DNA from: Paraphysomonas bandaiensis
Taxonomy: Eukaryota; Protista; Chrysophyceae
Assembly (NCBI GenBank): GCA_965644295.1
Contig: CBFFRP010000298.1
Coordinates: 625,505 to 689,504, forward strand
DNA length: 64,000 nt
Direction: 5' to 3'
Made by a program: the position numbers and the translations under genes. Position 1 is the first letter of the stretch, and every line of letters begins with the position of its first letter. Positions 12,501 through 23,017 of the stretch are shown here, piece after piece. The notes under the pieces were generated by a model, which made no database searches, was not told the DNA's origin, and worked only from the letters and a program-made list of their open reading frames with translations.

Positions 12501-15500
12501 CGCATAAAATATTCAATTGAGCAAGGACGCACTGTAATATTGTCGAATGCACAGAGTATTTACTCTGCATTCTACGACCTTTTCAACAAGCACTATTCTT
12601 CAGTTCGTGTGGGCTCGCAAAATCCTGATGGTACTGTCGGATCCCGGCAGTACTATGCAAACATCGGTATTGGCTCGCTTTCAAGACCTTGTATTGTACA
12701 TCCCAAGGCCAGAGTCATCGTTCACGTGACGCGATCAGAGTTTGCTAAGATACAGCTTCCATTCCTTAACAGATTTGAAAAATACTCAATTTCTTTGAAA
12801 GATGTTGTATCTGAAAAGCTTTGTATGCTCTCGCGAAAGAGCACTCTAGTACCATCAAAGCTTAAACTTAAAGCTGAATTGTTTAAATTTGTAATGGATG
12901 GAGTGCGTCACTTTGTTAGTTTTTTAGGAGAAGGTGCCTTCTATGGCGTAGTAGCTGACGAAACTATAGCAGCGCTTATTCTTCGGAGTATCAATGACAG
13001 TGTAGCAGCTGAAAGTGATGTGCCTTTATTTCAATCTGCTAGACATGTCAGCGCGAATAGCAGTTCTAATACTCTACATTATTCATCTGCGAGTATTTTA
13101 CCGGATGATGGCGAGGGAGAAGCTATGCATATTGGAGATGAGGGTGACTTGTTGCCTTCCGAACTTCCTTTCGGCAGTGTTGAGGAGGATGTAGATGATC
13201 GATATGACATTGAAGCATCAAGAAATTCTCTTGGTTTGTCCTCAGACCCGTTTTGCAATATCGACAAGTATATCCGGACTGTTAATTTCCAGTTACTGCA
13301 GGTATTTGATTGTGTTTTGTTTATTTCGTGATTAATATAGTTTTTCTCCTGTGTAAGCTTGTGCGACCAGAGGTATGTTGATTTAGTAGCTTTGACAACT
13401 CGAAATTTATAAGTTATATTTTCTAGGTATTATTCGCTAGGCGTAAAGAACTCCCGAGGGCATACCTGGAAGAAGCGCTTCAAAGGCAGGAGCACTTTTC
13501 TGCGGTTAACCTAATTCGCGGGTTGTCACTGTCGCACTGGCAGAATTCTCCAAATGTGTTCCCATCATCTGACACCAACGTATGTACAAAATGGACCATA
13601 TTTACCCGGACAAGCAGTGAGTTGTTGCAGCTGCCATCATCGTTTGACAGTCAGAAGCAACTCCTCCCTGTTTTAATTCGAAATGAGTTAGAAAACCAGG
13701 ACAGAAAGGTTGCCAAGAAAATGGTTCACGTTGTGTCACTGTCTCAGTTTCATCGCAGCATGGATTTTGAAGATGATATGAATGAATTTTTTACTAATGA
13801 TTCCCAAAACCTAAAGCACCGACGTCTATTAGTTCTGATAGCTGATAGGGGAGTCATATCTTCTTCTCAAGTTTCGTTTGTGATGAGGGCTGTGGGGTCT
13901 TGCACAGACAGGCTTGCTGCTGAGTCTCGTCCACTTGTAGTTATTATTCAACACTTCAGTGTTGAGCGAACACACCTCAAATCTGTGTATGATGCGCTAC
14001 CATTTGCTGGTTGGGATATGTATTATGTAGACTCCTTCGGATACTCAGAAGATATATTTATCTCAACCAGAACTCCTGGTGCTAAGGCCACCAGAACTGT
14101 TGGCAAGGAAAATAACTGGGCTGAAGAGGAGAAGCAAGGAATGTCTGCATCGCGGTGCACAGGACCAGTGTGTACATCGTTATCTCATTCTGATATGGCT
14201 GACATTCGATCCTGGATGCTAGTTGCATATGGGCTAAAAGACACACCGTCTAAGAATGACGCTATTATCGAGTTTTCGAAGTCCGCTTTGTCAGAGATCA
14301 AATACATTGGCTCGAATATGTACGGTGTCCGTAGATTAAAAAAACAATTGCAGGATATGGGTATTTCGAGATCATTGCCGGTATATCTTCTGTCTCGAAA
14401 TAGCGGTGGTGGAGAGTGGTTGCATTCTTTTTTCAGTTCGCGCACATACTTACTGCATGAAGTACTGTCGCATGTAACATCTGCGTGGGGTTCAGTTCTG
14501 CACAGAGCTGTCAGTTTTTCAGTTTCTTGCTTGAGTGAAGGTCGGTCATCTCTTGGTATGATGGATCACACACGTGTGGCGCTCGCGAATTTTTTAAAGG
14601 GATTTGTTAGATATGTTGTAGTTCAGCTTGCTAATGATTATGGTCTGGAATCTCTTGCGGGCCTTCCTGTAGATTCCGAAGGTGGTCAACTTGATGCGAG
14701 TCCTGTTGTGAAGTTTGTCATATTAATGATAAGAAGTATGCATCCTCCCTCAGAAGAATCTCTGAAACGCTATGCTAACTCTAATGTAGTGACGATATCT
14801 CTTGATTCTTCGTTTGTTTGCGAGACGCCGTTGTTTCATTTTGTTGATCAAGCTCTGTCTACTATCAAGAATGAAATTGTGATGAAAGAAACATCCGCTG
14901 GCTTGGGGAGTGATAATTCCCTCCACAAAAAGCTTGAGTTGGAAGTACAGTCGCACACCCAACTCGATGAAGCTATCCGGGTGTTGTCATCAACGCCGAT
15001 GCTGCATTCAAGATTCATTCGTGATTACATTCGTGCGGCATTACCCCACATTTTACTCACTGATGAGGAAATGGATGTTCTTGAAAAGGTGCTTTTGCTG
15101 CAGGAGAATGTGTCGCTTTTGATGCTGTATGCGGAGCCGAAAGAGGAGCATATTCTTGTGGATATACTGGCCGTAATCTCACCGTTGAAGTCACTAAGTA
15201 CTATTCCGAATAGCAGGTGGAACGTGGGAAGTGTTCTTCAGTTTTTGGATGGACAGAGTGTGGCTGGTCCGGGCAACAGAGATTCTGACAAAGGCATAGT
15301 TTATGATCTGGAGTCATTTGTTTCTAATTTAACTTGGGATGCATTGCTGGATATTGTCGTTTCAGATAGTTGTGAAAGCACATTAGAATGTCTTAAGTGC
15401 TGGGTTATAGCTGCAAGAGACTTAGGGAGTTTCAGCAGTTCGCACATGCAAAACACCGAGTTACTCCGTTTTTTATTGATGCAATTCATTCACACGATAG

Positions 15501-18500
15501 TATCACAGTACTCAGGCGAAGGCGATATATACCAAGCCCTGGTGAAATCTATTCGCGCACATCTCCGTGATATCGAAGCTGATGAATCATTCTCTGTTTT
15601 GAAAGTAACGATGTCACTTCTACATGACACTGTGAAGACAATACATGTGACAGATCAACAGCGCGCTGATGTATATCGCTCTGTTTCGTCGGTAATATTT
15701 GATTCTATTTTTCGAAACCACTCTGGATATACTGATACTGATCTGAGAATATTCGTGAGTGCTTTGCTTCGAGTGGGATATGATTCTTACCACGAAGCCG
15801 TCAAAGTTTCGGTATCTTATATCCACAGTGCGATGATTACCAGTTTGCTTTATGCTCTATTGGCTGATGATTCCTTGCGATTTTGTGGAGTTGTAGATTC
15901 ATTGATGACAAGACCACTCCCCTTGTATCATGGCCTGGTAGTGTTGTCGCCAATTCGAGACGCTGTACAATCTCTGCCTTCAACACTTCCAGTAGACTGT
16001 ATTCCTGATCTACAGAAGTTTCCTGAAACAGTTGTGTCATTTCCGGAGCAGGGTTTTGTAGACGCTTTGTTTTCAGCTATGGTAAAGAAGTATAAACAAG
16101 ATGTATCAAGTCGCACGTTTTCTGTTCAATTGACAGATATGTATGGAATATACACCAGACTCAGTAAAGTTGAAAGCTCAGCGTCAAAAATTGGAATGAC
16201 TGCATCTGCTGTTGGTTTGGTAACGTACATCGCTTCGTCACTCTCACGCGATAGAGATTTGATTGCTCCGGTCGCGGCATTTAGCGGTACACTGCAGAGT
16301 TTATTTTCTGCACATCCGGTATTGATTCCTTTATTTGTGGCATCTTTTGGTACAGATGCTTCAATGATGCAATTCTTAGGAGACCAAGAGAGTGTTATAT
16401 CGATGGGACTGCCTGAGGCTTGGTTCATGGCACAAGAAATGTCTGCAGAAGAGTTGTTTAGATGTCCGCCTTGTATGATCTCGACCAGACAACCTCTGTC
16501 GGTGGAGTACGCGGAACTGCGTCGCACGCTTCATCGATCGGACTTAAGCGCCGAAATGCTTTGTGATTGGGCTCGAGATCGCTGTGTTGATGATGAAAGG
16601 ACTCTTAACTATCGAATGATGCTTACACTCGCATCATACCACGAAACATTTTCTCCTATTTGTAATGGAAATGAACGGGGAATCCTCATTTCGAGAGTGA
16701 TCTTGGAGTGCTTAGAGATGAGACAGTTTCAGGAATCCTTATCATTGACCGGCGATGAACAATCTATTTTGCGATGCATCGCTCAAGGTCCCCACGATAT
16801 TTTGTGCAGCACTCACGACGGATTAATGTTCTATTTTTCGCGAGGAGAATGCCAGGATAAAGTCAGTGCGATGCACCGTACAGCAGCAGTGAATACTATG
16901 GCGATGATTTTAGGCTCCAGAAGAAATGCGTGCTACTATTACAACTGCTGTTTTCATACTGAAGACATGCACTCGAGTCAAGGGCTTGGATCCGGTTGGG
17001 GACGAATATCCAAGGACTGTGGCTATCAAACTACGTTCAGGAAAGGTGTTTTGAGTTTCGATGATCATGCACCGAACCCTGCAGGGGCCAAATTTGGAGA
17101 AATAGTCAGCATGCGCGCTATCAATAATTACTTCATCTGGATAGCCTTTGCATGGGGAGCATGGGTCCGCATGGACCGATCTCCTCGCCTCACAGATGCG
17201 TACACTTGGACGACAACATATCCCGATGATTATGCACCTGGGTGTCCAGATGTAACTGACAAACAGAGGATACTTGGAACAATATACGCTAGAGCTTACA
17301 GCTTCTTATCGATTTTGCAAAGTGATCCTAGACTTAATCGAATTGGCGTGGATTTTGAACTTTATATTTCACTGTGTTCTTATCACACTGCCCTCAAACT
17401 CTCCACCTGTACTGACCAATATGGATACTTTAGCAACTCTAATCTCGAAGATGCAACGAATAGGCAGAAAAAGTGCATGAAATACCTGTCACGTATCTGG
17501 AACGATGCGGAAAAGAGCGTACCTGGTGTGAGAAAGGAATATCTTCAGAACAATGTTGCTAAAGTAGAATCTATCATTGCATTCAAGAGAGGATGGTCAA
17601 ATGCAGTTGATGGCATAACATCTTTACCGGACAAAGCAGCCATTGATGCTAAACTTGTTCTTGAGGTGCCTTCTGATGGGGAAGACCTGCACAATATACA
17701 AAATCGATGCCGTCTTTTTATTGCGTCAGTACTGGGCAAACTGGATAGACTGAATCTGAATTTACACTTGCCGATAATTGTACACTTCTATAAGTGGGTT
17801 CACAAGAACTTGTCGTATCGAGTGTGTACTACGGAGCAGTATATTCCTATTAACACTGCGATTGACAAAATCGACGATGCTGAACTCAGGAGATACGGAC
17901 ACACACTTTTTAACAATTTTTTGGTATCATGGAATTACTTAGTTCAGACAATGGGTGAATTAAATGGTGTGTGCCCTACTGCAGCTGCAGCTGGGGAAGC
18001 TGAACTGCCCCCTCTGCAGCATGACTCTTTGCTGTGCCGCATCTTGAGTACTGGTGAACCGGACGCAGAAGATGTCATCATGCGATTGATGAAGAATCAG
18101 ATAGGACCACAAAATGAATTATTAGATTTGGACGAAGCTAAAGAACTGTTAAGCACGTCGTCACCGTGCTCTATCAATCCGAACTGTACTTTGGTTAGCA
18201 CAAAGGCAGGGAAGTTTCACTTATTGACATTACCTCCATCTTCTTCAACCCAGAAGTGTCCATTCTTGGCTGGTGTTGAAGATGTGAATGTGTTGTATAA
18301 CCAGATTGCTAGTGTAGCAACACGACCGCTAGGATACAGAGAAAGCAGTGGTAATGAAACTTCTGGATTTTGTTTTGATTATCGAGCTGCGGCAGTGTTT
18401 TTAATTAGATTATTAATATCCGGGAAGCCTAGTCTAGTGTTGCACCCAAGACCCGCTTACTTCACCTTTATTCCTGATGTACAAGACCGCGCGTCTCAAC

Positions 18501-20513
18501 CCATTGACTCTAACTCAATTGAGACTTGTGGATTATTTGACCCCGTGTGTCGTGTATTACAACTAACGAGGGACCTCAGAAAAGAGTTTAAATTTCATGA
18601 GCACAAGATCTCCAGTAGTGTTGAAATTACAGCTCTTTTGCGACAAATTCGAGATGAGAGTACGTCGTTTCAATATGTTAGTATGGTGTCAACTATATGC
18701 GAGGAAATTATTGCTAGCTTACATATGGGCGCAAATGAAGAGGACGGTGCTCATAGGCGGAGGGATATATGTCTCAATATGCCTGTGCGGTCTCTACTGA
18801 GCTCAAGTCTTCCTGGTGGTACGATTCGTGCTGTAGCGCAGCTTTCTGTTCGTTCGACGATTTTGTTTGCTGAATCAGTGTGTCGTGTGCACACGAATAG
18901 AGAATACATGTTTAGTTCCATGCAGCATAAACACATGATGGCTCCCCTGAGTCCGAATGTGGAGTCTGTACTCCGGAATAATATGGATAATCTATTGTCC
19001 GTAAGTTTAGGCACTGCACTAAATGGTGTTTTGCAGAAAGTACAAGAGCTAATTGAACTGCTCACATCAGCTTCAACTCGACATACGCTACTTGAAAATC
19101 AGCAACATGTACTTCTTAATAGCATTCCTGAATTGAGAAACATTTTGACAGGTAATTCTGGTATCGCTGATAGCGTTCAGTACGAATGGGCGATTTTTAT
19201 ATCAGAAGTTGAAACTGTAAGAGTAGAAAATGTGGTAGCTTTTCTTCGTATTCTTTCAGAATTTTGTTCGAAAGCAACTGCCAAACTAACGTCCAAACCT
19301 CAAGCTTCTGGTGACGCGACCGACGTGATTTACGCGGAATTGGTACGATACTCTATGTACAGCTATCAACCTCTTAATCTATGTTTCGTAGGTACCGGAG
19401 GATATGCAGGTCTTCCAATCTCTTGGGGCAGATGATATAGTGGAGAATGAAGCTCACTCGAAAGTCGAAGCACACAGTGCCCTTCATCTTCCTCCGGCGG
19501 TGCTGCATGATGACATTGTGGAGAATGAAGCCCAGTCGAAAGTCGAAGAAGCACATAGTGCCCTTCATCTTCCTCCGGCGGAGCTGCATGATGACATAGT
19601 GGAGAGTGAAGCCCAGTCGAAAATCGAAGAAGCACATAGTGCCCTTCATCTTCCTCCGGCGGTGTTGCCATGTTCTCCACCTCTGAGTGCGGCAGAGGAG
19701 AGAAAAGAATCTCCATTTTCGTCACATATGACTTCTGTAATTACTCTGGGCAAAATGTGGGGCTCTCCAGTCGCTGATTTGCTAGAGCTGTCAGATAGAA
19801 TACCTCATATTTTCAATTTTTATGATGACGGTGAGAATTATTTCGTTAAAACTGAAGATATCTCATCCGTACTGAATAAAATAATGACCAAGTTAGTATC
19901 CATATCAACATTCGATAAGTCGTTGGAAGGTATTGAAACTGGCGTTATCGTTTCAGTGCTCCGAGCACATGACGTTCCAGTGTTTTCTATCATGCGTGAA
20001 CTGTACATACTCGTGTCTGATAGCGCTGTGGCAATGGACATACTTGGTGGCGATGCTGATGTATCCGATGGGTTTCCAATTGAAACACCAGAATTGGGGA
20101 CTCAGACGAGTGTCGAAATAGAACAGGGATTCAGAAATGGGGATAGCCCCTGCGAAAAGAAGACGTTGACTGATACCTCTGCATGTTGGAATATTTCCGT
20201 TGATAGTTTGATTTACCTGGCTAAATGTGGCATACTCAAGGTTAGCCCCCCTCCTGGCGCCATTGTAGGCCAAACTCCAGTGGATGTGTCGTGGACTGTT
20301 GAGGCGAAAGATATGTCTGAATTCAACGATGTTGTGAGTGCGAAACTTATAGACCTGAGCCACCTTCAAAATGTGTTTGACAAAGTCAACGTTGTTGATA
20401 TCGTCCGAAAGTGTGGGATATACGTCATTGAATGGGGTATGTACTGTTACATTACGCTAGACAACCAGGATAGGGCCACACAAGCCTGTATTGACGCTCA
20501 TATGACATTATAA
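3571..20513 (+). CDS. RNF213/mysterin-like giant AAA+ ATPase (putative E3 ligase), ~5526 aa, 8 exons
   Basis: Exons 3571-3634, 3685-9947, 9996-10925, 10974-11404, 11462-13301, 13358-13372, 13427-19342, 19392-20513 are all GT-AG and in phase (exon 1 is the least certain). Motifs colinear with RNF213: LPSQVLWCTHNTT, GGPCVGKSTY, YILTPDFAVKLL..GSTGTGKT, FVDELNT, GATNP, VSIRDL, ALQENVF..GPPGCGKT, YQCS, CLDEASL, NRTLDAAKTNRA, FQLRDF, RRNFNG, FYDLFNKHY, PFLNRFEKY, QEHFS, and C-terminal LHLPIIVHF..FNNFLVSWN. Confidence 0.9.
19430..19666 (+). repeat. Coding minisatellite, 3 x ~78-81 bp (26-27 aa, DDIVENEAQSKVEEAHSALHLPPAxLH), in the last exon of the RNF213-like gene
   Basis: Three near-identical tandem units are visible in both DNA and protein. 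Confidence 0.95.
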
Positions 20514-21042
20514 AGTGTAGAAAACATATATTACGAATTACTAAGACAAATATGACATGTCATCCTGTAATAAATGGGATTTACTTGAACATAGTACTTT
20601 TTCTAATAATATTCTCTTGTGGAGTATAGTCTATACTAGTTAATAGTCAAGCATAAATCGTGTTTTTACTGCTAATAATAGACTCTTCAGTATAAGAAAG
20701 TAACAAATGTATGGAAATTTAATAAATATAGAGAGGCGAGCACAAAATAAGAGGAATGAGAGGCCAGACTTGTAAATACGTTTAATACAGATTTAATATC
20801 ACTCCTTACTCAAAACCATTGTGGCACCCGCATGAAAAAGAGTTGCAGTGGGATAGACGGAAACAAACATTCAGAATAATTTCTCAAGGAAAGGGAAAAC
20901 AAGTTGCCTGCAGGATTTTATAAAAGCGACAGGAATTGTTTATGGTTCCTTTGCTCTGGGTCTGGTCGCCAACAGAGTCCACATTACTTGTCAATGATTG
21001 GCGGCAAGCAGGTTCGGAATTATTATATTGGTCTGGTATTGA

Positions 21043-21400
21043 GCCTCAACAAAAACGAACTCGCACCTTTATGTGTTGTTCTGGAGGATAAGTACTAGAG
21101 AGATTTCTTTAGGAAACTAACGTAAGCAGCATATGTATAGTCAGCAGAAAACGTTCTTCCCATAGTGTCACTTGTGTATACAAATAAACAGGCATCCGGG
21201 AATGGGCCCATCTATATCAACAGTCTGTTTGCTTACTGCTTTCTCTTCGAGTGCTATAGAGCAAACGTGGTTGCAGCTTTGTGCTTGTGGTGATGCACAA
21301 GAAGCTTTTGTAGCGTTATCAGAGTTAAGTACTAGTTGTAGTTATAAATTGCAATGTTAAATTAGTACTGACTCTTAAACGACTATTTCTAATGATAAAA
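21043..21400 (+). repeat. Interspersed repeat family R, copy A
   Basis: Starts CCTCAACAAA..; contains GGCATCCGGGAATGGGCCC, the core GTGGTTGCA..GTGCTTG-N10-CAAG..GTAGCGTTA and the tail TTAAACGACTATTTCTAAT. Confidence 0.8.
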
Positions 21401-21619
21401 AGTTGATATTTCTGATAGGGGACACTTTATAAGCTTGCAATGTGCTCATTGGGGTTTTCCTCGAAACCAGTTTGCTTACTTACTAGCAATTAAATTTCGC
21501 TTTACAATATCATCGTGCAGAAGTATATATTGAGTATCTGATTATAACTTTTGAGCTAGTCGTAACTAGGATTTTAACGTATAACTGATTGGTGTAAAAC
21601 TTCTTTATCTACTAGTTGA

Positions 21620-21786
21620 AGTATAGTAGTGAATGTCTTATTATTAGAAATAGGCGTTTAAGAGTCAGAACTATAAGTTAACATTGCAATTTATATCTAA
21701 AACTAGTACTTAACTCTGATAACCTGCTATTTGGCGCTACGAAAGCTTCTTGTGCATCACCGCAAGCACAAAGCAGCAACCACTTT
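21620..21786 (-). repeat. Interspersed repeat family R, copy B (core and tail, inverted relative to A)
   Basis: Reverse complement of the core (CTTGTGCATCACCGCAAGCAC..CAACCAC) and of the tail (GAATGTCTTATTATTAGAAATAGGCGTTTAA). Confidence 0.85.
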
Positions 21787-21806
21787 TGTCAAGAGGTATG
21801 ATGGTT

Positions 21807-22119
21807 AATCAGGGGGGCGCCCTTGGGGTAGGGGTCCGCGAAGCTTAAGGGAGGGTCATAGTTATGTAGATGTATGTCGACATAATGTAGATGAGAGCTG
21901 AAGTATATTCTTCTCCCTGACGTATTGATCAATGATTCCTCATGTATTAGTTTCGAACAGCTAGGCCCAACTCGCAGCTGAAGCCATTCAAAGACACGAC
22001 GGCGCCCCAATCCACTCCCTCGCCCATGTATCTCAGACTAGGTACACTCGACTCACTAATTCAGTATCCTCCTCCACAGGGTCCTGAGGAGCCGTACCCC
22101 AAGGGGCGCCCCCCTGACT
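21807..22119. repeat. GC-rich inverted repeat / MITE-like element (~310 bp)
   Basis: ATCAGGGGGGCGCCCTTGGGGTA (21807-21829) pairs with TACCCCAAGGGGCGCCCCCCTGA (22096-22118). Confidence 0.75.
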
Positions 22120-22211
22120 GATCTTTCTGTATTTTAATGTTAGGGTTAGTCTTCTTCTGTACCTTAAGGACTAACGTACGCAGAGAGCTTCTCCCTCACA
22201 CACATGAACGG

Positions 22212-22372
22212 AAGTGGTTGCACCTTGGTGCTTGAGGCGACGCACAAGCAGCTTCTGTAGCGTTACACAGTAGGATATGAGAATTTGTGCTAGGTTGTTA
22301 CAGATGGTGTTCTTCATCTAACTACTTTTCTTGTTGGTTCTTGATGCCTACTACTAATAATATGACTTTAAT
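22212..22372 (+). repeat. Interspersed repeat family R, copy C (core and tail)
   Basis: AAGTGGTTGCACCTTGGTGCTTGAGGCGACGCACAAGCAGCTTCTGTAGCGTTA..AGTAGGA. Confidence 0.85.
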
Positions 22373-23017
22373 ACGAGCATCTTATTACTCCTTTTTTGAG
22401 TTTTTCTTAGTCCAGCTCCCAGTCTGAGCTTCCATTCGCTACCATATCCGCAACTGACATTAGGGTGTTAAAAGCCTAAATAACTTCACATTGAACTCAC
22501 TCTAAAATCAGTTACTTGTGATCAACATTTCTTATTATTCGTTGTTATTCACTAAATTAATATCTCTTCTACCTTCTACCAATCTATATAATAGACCTAT
22601 GATAGTCACGATCGTCTGCAGTCAATATATTTCAGTCAATATAACATACTTCATATCTTATCATTAATTCATGTACTTCAGTGGTCAGCTACTGTGTTCT
22701 TCAACTAACGATTATAATTCGAATGCATTAAATAAAGCTTTTAATTGCGTACAAACTAGCAAACTTCAACAAAACGATCACCATTTTTTATATATATTCA
22801 AATCCTTTATTGCTTACCCACATAAAACGTAACAAATTCTCCGCCGTCAAGCAGATTTAAATAGTTTTTCTCGTCTAATATAAAATGTGTAATCAAGATT
22901 TTCCATGGTACTCGAATGAGGCAATTAAATTCACTCAACCCTAGAATACAGCGAACAACTTTTACATACTATTTCGAATACATAACAACTCTGATACTAC
23001 TAGATGCAGTAGCAGGG

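Noticed and set aside
3571-20513. Dynein heavy chain or midasin; also several separate genes
   Set aside because: No dynein stalk or MIDAS tail is seen, the motifs match RNF213, and all gaps are in-phase GT-AG introns.
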